From contig OZ024743.1 in NCBI GenBank assembly GCA_964016885.1, positions 52,762,001 through 52,826,000 of the forward strand: a DNA stretch of 64,000 bases, written 5' to 3'. Positions 46,150-60,401 of this stretch are shown in pieces. The stretch's first letter is position 1. Every line of letters begins with the position of its first letter. Origin of the DNA: Eledone cirrhosa. Its lineage: Eukaryota. A program made the position numbers and the translations under genes. The notes below the pieces were generated by a model. That model was not told where the DNA came from. It made no database searches and saw only the letters and a program-made list of their open reading frames with translations.

Positions 46150-49100
46150 TGTGCTGGTGGTATGTGGGGGGGTGTACTATATGGTGGTGTATGGTGGTGG
46201 TATGTGGTGGTGTGTACTATATGGTGGTGTATGGGGGTGTATGGTGGTGTATGGTGGTATATAGTGGTATATGGTGGTGTATGGTGGTATATGGTGGTGT
46301 ATGGTGGTATATGGTGGTATATGGTGGTATATGGTGGTATATGGTGGTGTATGGTGGTATATGGTGGTATATGGTGGTATATGGTGGTGTATGGTGGCAT
46401 ATGATGGTATGTGGTGGTGTATGGTGGTATATGGTGGTGTATGGTGGTATATGGTGGTATATGGTGGTATATGGTGGTATATGGTGGTGTATGGTGGTAT
46501 ATGGTGGTATATGGTGGTATATGGTGGTGTATGGTGGTGTATGGTGGTGAATGGTGGTGGTATGTAGTGGTGTGTACTATATGGTGGTGTATGGTGGTGT
46601 ATGGAAGTGTATGGTGGTATATGGCGGTGTATGGTGGTATATGATGGTATATGGTAGTATATGGTAGTGTATGGTGGTATATGGTGATATATGGTGGTGT
46701 ATAGTGGTGTATGGTGGTATATGGTGGTGTATGGTGGTATATGGTGGTATATGGTGGTGTATGGTGGTGTATGGTGATGTATGGTGGTGTATGGTGGTAT
46801 ATAGTGGTATGTGGTGGTGTATGGTGGTGGTATATGGTGGTGGTATATGGTAGTGTATGGTGGTGTGTGGTGGTATATGGTGATGTATGGTGGTATATAG
46901 TGGTATGTGGTGGTGTATGGTGGTGGTATATGGTGGTGTATGGTGGTGTGTGGTGGTATATGGTGGTATATGGTGGTGTATGGTGGTGTATAGTGGTATA
47001 TGTTGGTATATGGTGGTATATGGTGGTATATGGTGGTATATGGTGGTGTGTGGTGGTATATGGTGATGTATGGTGGTATATAGTGGTATGTGGTGGTGTA
47101 TGGTGGTGGTATATGGTGGTGTATGGTGGTGTGTGGTGGTATATGGTGGTATATGGTGGTGTATGGTGGTGTATAGTGGTATATGTTGGTATATGGTGGT
47201 ATATGGTGGTATATGGTGGTATATGGTGGTATATGGGTGTGTATGGTGTTGGTATATGGTGGCGTATAGTGTTATATAGTGGTGTATGGTGGTATATGGT
47301 GGCGTATGGTGGTGTATGGTGGTATATGGTGGAATATGGTGGTATATGGTGGTGTATGGTTGTGTATGGTGGTGGTATATGGTGGTATATGGTATATGGT
47401 ATATGGTATATGGTATATGGTGGTGTATGGTGTTATATGTTGGTGTATGGTGGTATATGATGGTATATGGTGGTGGTATATGGTGGTATGTGGTGATGTA
47501 TGGTGGTATATGGTGGTGTATGGTGGTGTGTGGTGGTGGTATATGGTGGTGGTATATGGTGGTGTATGGTGGTATATAGTGTATATGGTGGTGTATGGTG
47601 ATGTATGGTGATGACATATGGTGGTATATGGTGGTATATGGTGGTGTAAGGTGGTATATGGCGGTATATGGTGGTGTATGGTGGTGGTATATGGTGGTAT
47701 ATGGTGGTATATGGTGGTGTATGGTGGTATATGGTGGTATATGGTGGTATATGGTGGTGGTATATGGTGGTGGTATATGGCGGTATATGTTGGTATATCG
47801 TGGTATATGTTGGTGTATGGTGGTATATGGTGGTATATGGTGGTGGCATATGATGGTATGTGATGGTGTATGGTGGTATATGGTGGTATATGGTGGTATA
47901 TGGTGGTATATGATGGTGTATGGTGGTATATGGTGGTGGTATATGGTGGTATATGGTGGTGTATGGTGGTGGTATATGGTGGTATGTGGTGGTGTATGTT
48001 GGTATATGGTGGTATATGGCGGTATATGGTGGTATATTGTGGTAGTATATGGTGGTATATGGTGGTATATGGTGGTATATGGTCGTGTATGGTGGTGTAT
48101 GGTGGCATATGTTGGTGTATGGTGGTGTATGGTGGTATATGGTGGTGTATGTTGGTGGCATATGATGGTATGTGGTGGTGTATGGTGGTATATGGTGGTG
48201 TATGGTGGTATATGGTGGTATATGGTGGTATATGGTGGTATATGGTGGTGTATGGTGGTATATGGTGGTATATGGTGGTATATGGTGGTGTATGGTGGTG
48301 TATGGTGGTGAATGGTGGTGGTATGTAGTGGTGTGTACTATATGGTGGTGTATGGTGGTGTATGGTGGTGTATGGAAGTGTATGGTGGTATATGGCGGTG
48401 TATGGTGGTATATGATGGTATATGGTAGTATATGGTAGTGTATGGTGGTATATGGTGGTATATGGTGGTGTATAGTGGTGTATGGTGGTATATGGTGGTG
48501 TATGGTGGTATATGGTGGTATATGGTGGTGTATGGTGGTGTATGGTGATGTATGGTGGTGTATGGTGGTATATAGTGGTATGTGGTGGTGCATGGTGGTG
48601 GTATATGGTGGTGGTATATGGTAGTGTATGGTGGTGTGTGGTGGTATATGGTGATGTATGGTGGTATATAGTGGTATGTGGTGGTGTATGGTGGTGGTAT
48701 ATGGTGGTGTATGGTGGTGTGTGGTGGTATATGGTGGTTTATGTTGGTATATGGTGGTGTATAGTGGTATATGTTGGTATATGGTGGTATATGGTGGTAT
48801 ATGGTGGTATATGGGTGTGTATGGTGTTGGTATATGGTGGCGTATAGTGTTATATATTGGTGTATGGTGGTATATGGTGGTGTATGGTGGTGTATGGTGG
48901 TATATGGTGGAATATGGTGGTATATGGTGGTGTATGGTTGTGTATGGTGGTGGTATATGGTGGTATATAGTATATGGTATATGGTATATGGTGGTGTATG
49001 GTGTTATATGTTGGTGTATGGTGGTATATGATGGTATATGGTGGTGGTATATGGTGGTATGTGGTGATGTATGGTGGTATATGGTGGTGTATGGTGGTGT

Positions 49101-51100
49101 GTGGTGGTGGTATATGGTGGTGGTATATGGTGGTGTATGGTGGTATATAGTGTATATGGTGGTGTATGGTGATGTATGGTGATGACATATGGTGGTATAT
49201 GGTGGTATATGGTGGTGTAAGGTGGTATATGGAGGTATATGGTGGTGTATGGTGGTGGTATATGGTGGTATATGGTGGTATATGGTGGTGTATGGTGGTA
49301 TATGGTGGTATATGGTGGTATATGGTGGTGGTATATGGTGGTGGTATATGGCGGTATATGTTGGTATATCGTGGTATATGTTGGTGTATGGTGGTATATG
49401 GTGGTATATGGTGGTGGCATATGATGGTATGTGATGGTGTATGGTGGTATATGGTGGTATATGGTGGTATATGGTGGTATATGATGGTGTATGGTGGTAT
49501 ATGGTGGTGTATGGTGGTGGTATATGGTGGTATGTGGTGGTGTATGTTGGTATATGGTGGTATATGGCGGTATATGGTGGTATATGGTGGTAGTATATGG
49601 TGGTATATGGTGGTATATGGTGGTATATGGTCGTGTATGGTGGTGTATGGTGGCATATGTTGGTGTATGGTGGTGTATGGTGGTATAAGGTGGTGTATGT
49701 TGGTGGCATATGATGGTATGTGGTGGTGTATGGTGGTATATGGTGGTATATGGTGGTATATGGTGGTATATGATGGTGTATGGTGGTATATGGTGGTATA
49801 TGGTGGTGTATGGTGGTGGTATATGGTGGTATGTGGTGGTGTATGGTGGTATATGGTGGTATATGGCGGTATATGGTGGTATATGGTGGTAGTATATGGT
49901 GGTATATGGTGGTATATGGTGGTATATGGTTGTGTATGGGGGTGTATGGTGGTGTATGGTGGTGTATGGTGGTGTATAGTGGTATATGTTGGTATATGAT
50001 GGTATATGGTGGTGTAAGGTGGTGGTTTATGGTGATCTATGGTGGTATATCGTGGTGTATGGTTGTGTATGGTGGTGTATCGTGATGTATGGTGGTGTAT
50101 CGTGGTGTATCGTGGTGCATGGTAGTGTGTGGTGGTATATGGTGGTGGTATATGGTGGTATATGGTGGTATATGGTGATATATGGTGGTATATGTTGGTA
50201 TATGATGGTATATGGTGGCGTATGGTGGTATATGGTTGTATATGGTATTATATGGTGGTGTATGGTGGTATATGGTGGTATTATATGGTGGTATATGGTT
50301 GTATATGGTATTATATGGTGGTGTATGGTGGAATATGGTGGTATTATATGGTGGTATATGGTGTTGTATGGTGGTGTATGGTAGTGGTATATGGTGGTAT
50401 ATGGTATATGGTGGTATATGGTTGTGTATGGTGGTATATGGTGGTGGTATATGGTGGTATGTGGTGGTGTATGGTGGTATATGGTGGTGTATGGTGGTAT
50501 ATGGTGTATATGGTGGTGTATGGTGGTATATGGTGGTGTATGGTGGTGTATGGTTGTGTATGGTGGTATATGGTGGTATATGGTGGTATATGGTGTTGTT
50601 TGGTGGTGTATGGTGGTGTATGGTGGTATATGGTGTTGTTTGGTGGTGTATGGTGGTGTATGGTGGTGGTATATGGTGGTATATGGTATATGGTGGTATA
50701 TGGTGGTGTATGGTGTTATATGGTGGTGTATGTTGGTGTATGGTGGTATATGGTGGTATATGGTGGTGGTATATGGTGGTATGTGGTGGTGTATGGTGGT
50801 ATATGGTGTATATGGTGGTGTATGATGGTGTATGGTGGTATATGGTGGTGTATTGTGGTGTATGGTTGTGTATGGTGGTATATGGTGGTGTATGGTGGTA
50901 TATGGTGGTGTATGGTGGTGTATGTTGGTGTATGGTGGTGTATGTTGGTGTATGGTGGTATATGGTGGTATATGGTGGTGGTATATGGTGGTATGTGGTG
51001 GTGTATGGTGGTATATGGTGGTGTATGGTGGTATATGGTGGTATATGGTGGTATATGGTGGTATATGGTGGTGTATGGTGGTGTATGGTGGTGGTATATG
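46150..51100. repeat. ~5-kb 10-bp satellite (TATGGTGGTR)n with kb-scale internal duplication
   Basis: Rare variants recur, e.g. GAATGGTGGTGGTATGTAGTGG at ~46549 and ~48310, GATGACATATG at ~47610 and ~49181. Confidence 0.95.
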
Positions 51101-51229
51101 ATTAATGTTTAAGCAAAGAATCGCTGCTTTCACCCTTAACGGGATCTTCTGAAACTAACAAAGTCAATCTGTGAATGCAGAAGTGAATATTTCAAAAAAC
51201 GTTGCAACCGGAGGAAGACAGGAAGACGA

Positions 51230-51276
<47 letters not shown>

Positions 51277-52046
51277 CCTGATTGATGCTGGAATGAAAAG
51301 GCGGTGTGTAGTGGTGTTGATTCGGTCGTTGTGTGTACTCACTTGTGGATTGCTCAGTTGTGTTGTCATTGTTGTGTAGAATGTAGGCAAAAGAAGAATG
51401 GTGTGCCTGATACAGTGTTCATTATGATGACGATGATGAATCTTTAGGTAAATGATTCACCCTAATCACATGGGAAATGAAATATATCGACCTCAATAAC
51501 ACAAAGCCGCCATATTACTGATTTATTAAATATAACTTTCCTCGAAGTTATACGACAATACACGAAGAACAAATAAACACAAATGAATTGCGTGATTTTG
51601 CATAAGGTATGATGTGTTTGCTTGCAAAAGTATTATTAAAATGTATTTACGAAACTTCTGTTGAAGCGATGAATTTCGCTGGCCTGGCAGCGAGAGAGGG
51701 AGAAAGAGAGGGGTGGGGCAAAGAGAGAAAGAGAGAGGGAGCCAAAGAAAGAGAAACCGAAATGGGTCGGTGTGTGGGACAGTTGACCACTACATCTTAG
51801 CTGGTCGGAACTCTGAAACTGTCTCGATTGACTGAGAGCAACTCGGGCCCATGAAATAGTTATCGCAAAAACTCTCTAGTTGGCCAGTTTCTCCAGACAT
51901 ATTGGAGACTAAAAGCCGATTCACAATGGAAACTTATCTATGAGACCACCAACGTCAACTTCATGGTGGCCGCTTGATAGTGTTAAAGAAATTCTATTGT
52001 GGAAAGTATCAAATTACTGCTACACACATGTACACACAGAAACGCA

Positions 52047-52079
<33 letters not shown>

Positions 52080-53042
52080 TCATACATACATATATATATA
52101 TATATAGATATACATATATAATTCTTTCTACTTTTGGCACAAGGCCAGCAATTATCCCAGTGTATTACCGGTACTTTATTTTATCGACCCCGTAAGGATG
52201 AAAGGCAAAATTAACCTCGGCGGGATTTGAACTCAGATCATAAAGTGGCATAACTCTATGCTGTAAAGCATGGTGTCCGACCCTCTACCGATACTGCCAA
52301 TCTACCGGTGATCGGATATGACCGAAAAATCTTCGATCGTTTTCCCACTTACTCGATGTTTGAGTTAAGCTACTATCTCTAAGATACCAACCCAGATAAA
52401 AACAGTGTACCCTAATACGTTAAATAGTGAAAAGAACGATTTCGTGTGGGTAGAGAATTAAATTCCCTCTTCCCCGACTAATTAATTAGTTTCCACTACC
52501 CCACCTGTTGGCCACAGTCCATATGGAGCTGGCGTTCACAGAAAGTCAGGTAATGTTATTAAGTATCACGTAATTCGAGTAAGAGTAGCTTCATCAGCGA
52601 GGAAAATTAGACTCTTCGGAGCAGGTTAGTGCCTACTGTCTTATTTTGAGATCGCCATTACAGCAGTAATCTCCACTCTCAGTGTCATGTGACAATGATG
52701 TGGAGGTAATCAGGCACCTACTATTTCAAAGACAACGCTGGCATTTATTTCAAAATGAACAAAGAAAAATTGTACCAAGAGGTACTCGACCAGGGCTTCT
52801 AGATAGAAAACAAAGATAAAAATTGCAAGCAATTAATAAAATTGAACTATAATAAACACAGTAAAAAGTCCAACTCACAATTTGGATGCGGATTATCCCT
52901 TGGAGTTTAAATATTAATACTGAAGTCATCAGATATGACCGAAAATTTACCTTACGTACATTGCTTGTACGCATACAAACATACATATATATGTACAAAA
53001 AACCATGTAGGTAAGCCGAATGTTCGGACTTTGAAGTGCCGA

Positions 53043-53083
<41 letters not shown>

Positions 53084-53086
<3 letters not shown>

Positions 53087-53890
53087 TAACAGCAGTACCC
53101 AGCGTTGCCTGGGTAGGTAAAATAATATCTGCTTTGATGAAAAGGTGTTGATCTTAGCGACTGCTTCTCGATGACATCTATGGCCACACACAGGCCATGC
53201 GGGGGAGGGTGGTGATGACCTTTATCACTGAGAAACGCGGGTGACTGACGAAGGGGCATGCTGGGGGAAGGAGTTTCGAATTTGAACGAAATCGGTTGAA
53301 AAATGTGGGAGCTAGAGCCGAAAAGGCGGAAATTTGAGCGAAAAGGTGGTATTTTCGAATATTTAAGCGGCTGCCACGCCGTTCCTGAACAAAAAAAATC
53401 CAAAATATAAAGCCACTTTAAGACGTGAAATAATCAGATCTAGCGTAGTGTAAAATTTGAACAAAGTACGTTGATTAATGTGGGAGCTAAAGCCGAAAAA
53501 GTGGAAATTTGAGTCTAAAAGTAGTATTTTTGAATATTTAAGCGGCTGCCACGCCGTCCCTGAACAGCAAATGCAAGATATAAAGCTATTACAGGATGTG
53601 CAATGATAAATTCTATTTTGCTTTAAAATTTGGATGAAATCAGTGGCAAAATGTGGGAGCTAGAGGCAAAAATCTTATTTTTCGATACCTAAAAAAAGTG
53701 ACCTCCTATCGATTTTTATCTGCAGAATAACCACGGAATAAAAAAAAAACGATACGGAGATATATAGAAAACACTCCCCGATGACTAATCTATGAGCCTG
53801 TAAAGTTTCATGAAAATCGGTCGGAAGATGTAGGCCCCTATAGGTAATACACAGACACACACACACATACTTAAATTTTATATATATACA
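53084..53890 (+). mobile_element. Non-autonomous Helitron/Helentron-like (DINE-1/HINE-type) element with ~174-bp internal repeats
   Basis: Starts ACTAACAGCAGTACCCAGCGTTGCCTGGGTA (subterminal hairpin). AAATTTG..AAT(C/A)..AATGTGGGAGCTA repeated about 3 times. Ends AAAGTTTCATGAAAATCGG..(CA)n..TTTTATATA. Confidence 0.6.
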
Positions 53891-53914
53891 GATATATATA
53901 TATGTATATATATA

Positions 53915-54314
53915 ACGAAGGAAATGTGGTAAGGAACCAGGTGGACCATAACTCGCCAGAGTACTCGATACTTTGGGTAGTAGAGTGGATAATAGGAAAA
54001 GAGTCAGAACCCCGACGACAGAGCTCAAGCCGTTTCGACAGCTATTTCTGGACCTCTTTTTTGTCGTTAGGTTTCCTGTATGGGTAGTACAGATCATTTT
54101 CGAGGTTGATTGTAACGTCCATGAAATTGACTCGGGCTAGGGACGTCTGTAGGGTGATTTTGAAACCCCAATCCCGGAAGAAGTTGATTAGGTGTTTAAG
54201 GACCCGGTCCGTACTACTGGGGTTGTACCCTTTGAGGGCAAGGAGCCCATCGTCTCGGTCCAGAAATAGCTGCCGAAACGGCTTTAGCTCTGCCGTCGGA
54301 GTTCTGACTATTTT

Positions 54315-54318
<4 letters not shown>
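53915..54318 (-). mobile_element. PLE RT fragment (RDDGL type) between inverted copies of the 19233 repeat family
   Basis: RDDGLLAL...[40 protein letters not shown], with GGTCCAGAAATAGC... inverted on either side. Confidence 0.8.
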
Positions 54319-54406
<88 letters not shown>

Positions 54407-54408
54407 CA

Positions 54409-54615
<207 letters not shown>

Positions 54616-54936
54616 CAGTATATATATATAAGTATAGATGACGATGTGCTCAAACGCACATATGCTGACACAATAGGGTGAAAAGCCTTAAAAGACAGAA
54701 AAAGAAGTTACCATTGGCCGCTATGAGGAATAGACGTTTTAACTATTAAGCTAAGGGGTCATGACAATTTTTTTGCCGTCTTTTTAACTACATAGGGCGG
54801 TGCCGCAGCATGGCCTCAGCCGGATTGCTGCAACAGGTAGAAAAATAAAAGCGATAACTGGACAACAGTTTTCAGATGTCAGGCATGTAAACAAACATTG
54901 TACGTAAGTCGAATTTTCGGGGTTTAAGCGATGAGA

Positions 54937-54978
<42 letters not shown>

Positions 54979-55019
54979 ACAGGGAGAAAGAGACATTTAT
55001 TAGGAAGAAAAATATATTT

Positions 55020-55967
55020 TTTTCCTTTTTTGTTTCTTTCTCTCTTTTTTCTGGGTTAGAAAATGATTAAAACGAAATGTTTTACTTTGTGTGAAGTGTT
55101 AAGGTTTTAGTTGATTTATTTATTATTTAACAATGGCATTTATTATCTATTTATATATTTAATAATTGTCTATTACCGGTTTCAGCATTTCTATGCATTA
55201 TCAAATGATAGTGAAATGTATTAGTGTGGTGTCGCACATGTTAAAGAGAAGGTGCAGAAAGAATAATGTTATTTACAAACAAGGTTTATGAAGTGAAAAG
55301 AAAAAAGAAAAAAGAAAAAGAAAAAAGAAAAAAGAAAAAAGAAAAAAGAAAAAAAAGAAAAAGGAAAAAAGAAAAAAGAAAAAAGAAAAAAGAAAAAAGA
55401 AAAAAGAAAAAAGAAAAAAGAGAAAAGAAAAAAGAAAAAAGAAAAAAGAAAAAAGAAAAAAGAAAAAAGAAAAAAGAAAGAAGAAAAAAGAAAAAAGAAA
55501 AAAGAAAAAAGATAAAAGAAAAAAGAAAAAAGAAAAAAGAAAAAAGAATAAAAACGGACATAATGTAGAGCATAAAAAGTCAATGTGGAAGAAAAAATAA
55601 TGTTAGTTACAGATCAAAATGTGTTAATATAGCAAGAGTGCTTAGTTGATCCATGATTCCATGATGGAGGCAAATGGTGAACTGAGGTTTGATATGATTT
55701 CCCTTTTTAGAGAGTTAATATGCAGGGGGAAGCAATTCTTGCTGGATGATATTTAATTTATTTAAGAAAAAGGATTAGGTAGGGTGTGAGGGAGGTAACT
55801 CTTGTAAATGTCTGATTGTTTGTTGCAGTTTTAGATTAGTCCGATTTTTAGAGCATTAAGTAAAGGTTGGAATTTGTTAATGAAATATGTTTACTTATTG
55901 GTACGTTGGATGAAAGTAGCGTTGTCTATGAATTTGTAAATGGGGAAAATGTTAAAGTTTGGATGTG
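55020..55967 (-). mobile_element. PLE 3' remnant: GIY-YIG tail, (GAAAAAA)n expansion (55298-55547) and U3-A8 HHR-like motif (55170-55211)
   Basis: Minus: FNIFPIYKF...R..*TYFINKFQPLLN. TTGATAA-TGCAT agaa ATGCT-GAAA-CCGG-TA. Confidence 0.6.
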
Positions 55968-55972
55968 TATAT

Positions 55973-56003
<31 letters not shown>

Positions 56004-56030
56004 CATATATATATATATATGTATATATAA

Positions 56031-57611
56031 TTAATACAATAACAGAGATAGTTTAAAGCTAAACTCTGACTGGTAACCATCTCACTCAACAAACATTAGG
56101 TTATATTTAAATATAAACCCAATTTAAGTGTTTGGGGTGCTAACAATATGTATAATGTGGAAAAACCAGTTGTATTATTTTATGAGATATAATTAAAGTT
56201 AAAGTATATCTCTCTTTCCAAACAATTGTTTCATTATAAGTTTTCTACAAGTTTGGGAGAATGTTTCCAGTTTATGTAGAAGCCTAATATATATTCAAGT
56301 AAGAATATATTTAGGTGGGCACTTATAATTCATCAGTGGAAGCCCATTAAACATTGATATAAGAAAACAATTTCTTACCGCTGTCAAAAATCATGTCCGT
56401 AAAGTTACTTTCTCTCTCACCTCGAATGACTGCCAAATTTGAAATTCCAGCAGTTTTTGACTGAGGAAGTATCATAGCGACACGAAGCGGGAAGGGGAGA
56501 CAACCCACGAAATGAGGAAAAAAAATGATATACACGCGGGTTAATTAGTTTTTTTGAAAACATTATCAATCCAACATGTTTAAGAACTCAATTGAAAATA
56601 AAAAAATAAATATATGCTTGTATAAATTACACACGCATATAGATATTTTCTTAGGCTAAATCAGAAGTTGTACCCGAATAAGAACCGCTTCTCATAATCG
56701 CAGTAAATGCAGAAAGTTATGCTATAAAGGGCAAATGGGAATATAATTCTCCGGCCGAATTATTAAGAGTAAAATATAAAACACACGCGGGTTAATTAGT
56801 TATTTCAAAACCAATATTAATTCCTCGTGTAAAGAACTCAATTAATAAAATAAAATAAATACATATATGCATGTAATTATATACGTAGGCATATATATAA
56901 ATATTTTCCTTGGCTAAAAAATAGAGAAGTTACAACCAAAAAAAGCCACAATATTTCACAACAGTAATAAATACGGAAAGTCAAATTCATAAGGTACCTG
57001 GAAATAAACACCTCTGGCCAATCAAGAGTAAATATTTAATACAATAACAGAGATAGTTTAAAGCTAAACTCTGACTGGTAACCATCTCACTCAACAAACA
57101 TTAGGTTATATTAAAATATAAACCCAATTTAAGTGTTTGGGGTGCTAACAATATGTATAATGTGGAAAAACCAGTTGTATTATTTTATGAGATATAATTA
57201 AAGTTAAAGTATATCTCTCTTTCCAAACAATTGTTTCATTATAAGTTTTCTACAAGTTTGGGAGAATGTTTCCAGTTTATGTAGAAGCCTAATATATATT
57301 CAAGTAAGAATATATTTAGGTGGGCACTTATAATTCATCAGCGGAAGCCCATTAAACATTGATATAAGAAAACAATTTCTTACCGCTGTCAAAAATCATG
57401 TCCGTAAAGTTACTCTCTCTCTCACCTCGAATGACCGCCAAATTTGAAATTCCAGCAGTTTTTGACTGAGGAAGTATCATAGCAACACGAAGCGGGAAGG
57501 GGAGACAACCCACGAAATGAGGAAAAAAAATAATATACACGCGGGTTAATTAGTGTTTTTGAAAACATTATCAATCCAACATGTTTAAGAACTCAATTGA
57601 AAATAAAAAAA

Positions 57612-57615
<4 letters not shown>
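56031..57615 (-). mobile_element. Retrozyme-like family E: ~1.6 tandem copies of a 1005-bp unit
   Basis: TTAATACAATAACAGAG at 56031 and 57036. One HHR per unit. Two diverged ~250-bp subrepeats starting ACACGCGGGTTAATTAGT (56532, 56783). (TA)n flanks. Confidence 0.85.
56216..56341 (-). ncRNA. Type I HHR with branched ~100-nt stem II (family E); second copy 57221-57346
   Basis: Minus: TTCCA-CTGATGA-ATTATAAG...CTTATAAT-GAAA-CAATTG-TT-TGGAA. Copy 2 has TTCCG, changing A-U to a G-U wobble. Confidence 0.85.
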
Positions 57616-57650
<35 letters not shown>

Positions 57651-57676
57651 AAAGAATAGAGGTGTAACACACAAGT

Positions 57677-58201
57677 TATATATTGGTAAACGGAATAGAA
57701 AATGCTGACAAATTGTTCACAGTTGAAAAATGGTTTAATTAGGAATAAAAGAGGATTAGTGATTGTATGGGTTAGTATTCAGTTGTGGTTTTAAGTTTTT
57801 AAGTTTTTACCGGTTGCGCATTTCTAAATGCTTTTCAAAAATAATTTTGAGATAGAGTGTCCGTGCTGTTTGCTCTGATCTGATTAGTTTGGGGAATTCT
57901 ACCTGTTTTTATGTTAAAAAGTGGCTCCAGCGTTACTTTGCAACACAAAAATAACGCTGGAGCCACTTTTTTAACATAAAAACAGGTAGAATTCCCCAAA
58001 CTAATCAGATCAGAGCAAACAGCACGGACACTCTATCTCAAAATTATTTTTGAAAAGCATTTAGAAATGCGCAACCGGTAAAAACTTAAAAACTTAAAAC
58101 CACAACTGAATACTAACCCATACAATCACTAATACTCTTTTATTCCTAATTAAACCATTTTTCAACTGTGAACAATTTGTCAGCATTTTCTATTCCGTTT
58201 A

Positions 58202-58209
<8 letters not shown>
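57677..58209. repeat. Near-perfect inverted repeat, ~258-bp arms, 16-bp spacer, degenerate HHR in each arm
   Basis: Arms 57677-57935 and 57952-58209. TTT-TTGAAAA-GCATT taga AATGC-GCAA-CCGG-TA-AAA at 58047-58083. Confidence 0.9.
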
Positions 58210-58281
<72 letters not shown>

Positions 58282-58419
58282 AGTGAGTACGACGTTATGT
58301 CACACGCAGTTTCCGTTTACTGAATTCCACTCACAAAGCATTGGTCCATAAGCATGCTTAAATGACTACAAAATAAAAGAGTATTCTTCATTTTCAAAGA
58401 TGTTGACCAATATAATAAC

Positions 58420-58455
<36 letters not shown>

Positions 58456-58495
58456 AATTCATGTTATCTTCTTATAAGGTGGTACATGTTTGACT

Positions 58496-58564
<69 letters not shown>

Positions 58565-58583
58565 GTATATGTATATGTATATA

Positions 58584-58717
<134 letters not shown>

Positions 58718-58730
58718 CATATATATATAC

Positions 58731-58869
<139 letters not shown>

Positions 58870-59078
58870 GAGAGAGGGGGGTCACCAGAAGTAAGGGGTG
58901 GGTGACTGAGGAAACTGAAATTAAGTTCTTGTGAGGAAAGAAAGGATGATAGAAAGATATAAATAAACTACTTGAAAAGAAAACATGAATCACAGTAGTG
59001 ACTTTGATGGAGTTTTGATACTAAATCCCCCGACACCTTGTGTACAATCATATGATATATCTCGTTTTAAAATATCTA

Positions 59079-59481
59079 TTTAACCCTTTTATACCAAACT
59101 GCATGAAACCACATCTCGTTCCACAATACAAAGCTGTGTATCTTAAAACTATTTAAAGTGTTTATATTTTTCTAAAAATACTTCCCTCATAAATTTATCT
59201 AAGAACCTTTGTTATGTTATATTCCAAAGATCAACCAGCCTGAAGTCACACTTGTTTATACAATACCAAGCTGTGTATTTTAAAGAACATTTTAAAGTGC
59301 TTATATTTATCTAAAAATATTCCCATAATAAATTAATATAAGAAGATTTATGTTCCAAAACCAGCTTAATAATGAAAAGGTTAGTTGTATTATTAAATTC
59401 CTCCAAATTCTTGACTATTTTCAAAATTATTTGGAAATTATAGAGTGTGTGTCATTAGAAATATGGTAACGAGAGGATTAA
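59079..59481. mobile_element. Possible degraded TTAA-type MITE with duplicated right end
   Basis: TTAACCCTTTTATACC ... GGTAACGAGAGGATTAA. The right end recurs near 59577 and 59725. Confidence 0.4.
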
Positions 59482-60034
59482 TTGAAAGTCTTCCATCACA
59501 GTTTTATGTTAGACTCCTTTCTTACTTGATTATTGAAACACTGTCTAACATTAGAAATATGGTTTCGAAAGGATTAAAAACCTTCCATTTTAGTTTTATG
59601 AAAGACCTCCTTTTTTAAGTTGTTCTAAACACCAGTTTAACAATGAGAACATGAGTTATAAATATTAAATTCCTTCAAACTTTTATTTTTTGTATTTTAT
59701 TAGAATTATGGTAACGAAAGCTTTAAGCATTAAAACTGCGGACAGAGACACTAATAGTAGCACACGCCGTTATATCGTGATCACTAAATATTATTGAAAA
59801 AACAAAACAAAACAAAAAAAGAACAGAAAAAAACAGTATGATAATTGCTGCTGTTGTTTAACCCTAAGTCAATCGTCACAGTTGGTTGGTTTAATAACCG
59901 GATGGTTGTTTATTTATTGTCAAAGATCTTTCGTCACACATTCTGTGACCTCCGCAGTGGCTACATTGTTATTTTGTGTCTCTTCTTTGTATTATCCTAC
60001 ACCATCTTGTGGTTGTTTGTTGTTGTTGTTGTTA

Positions 60035-60215
60035 GAATGTCTCAGGAAAGAAACACTGGACAGATTTTACTGGCAAAACTAGCTGGCAGGAGACACAGGG
60101 GTAGACCGCGAGCAAGATGGCTGGGTGATATCCATGAACGTAGCTGGTCTTCCTTGGGATATCTAGCCGGACCAGTTGGAGACAGTTGCTTCTGACACAA
60201 CCCTCTCAGGAAGAG
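60035..60215 (+). pseudogene. RTE-type LINE 3' end remnant
   Basis: QILLAKLAGRRHRGRPRARWLGDI motif, followed by (GAA)n. Confidence 0.55.
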
Positions 60216-60216
60216 G

Positions 60217-60401
60217 AAGAAGAAGAAGAAGAAGAAGAAGAAGAAGAAGAAGAAGAAGAAGAAGAAGAAGAAGAAGAAGAAGAAGAAGAAGAAGAAGAAG
60301 AAGAAGAAGAAGAAGAAGAAGAAGAAGAAGAAGAAGAAGAAGAAGAAGAAGAAGAAGAAGAAGAAGAAGAAGAAGAAGAAGAAGAAGAAGAAGAAGAAGA
60401 A
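60217..60401. repeat. (GAA)n pure triplet repeat, ~61 copies
   Basis: Direct inspection. Confidence 0.97.

Noticed and set aside
51650-52750. Possible host exon(s) in unique-looking sequence
   Set aside because: No convincing ORF or splice pattern. Small exons cannot be excluded without RNA-seq.
56347-57540. Duplicated 62-aa ORF
   Set aside because: Non-ATG start (GTG), overlaps a non-coding repeat unit, and has no recognisable homology.
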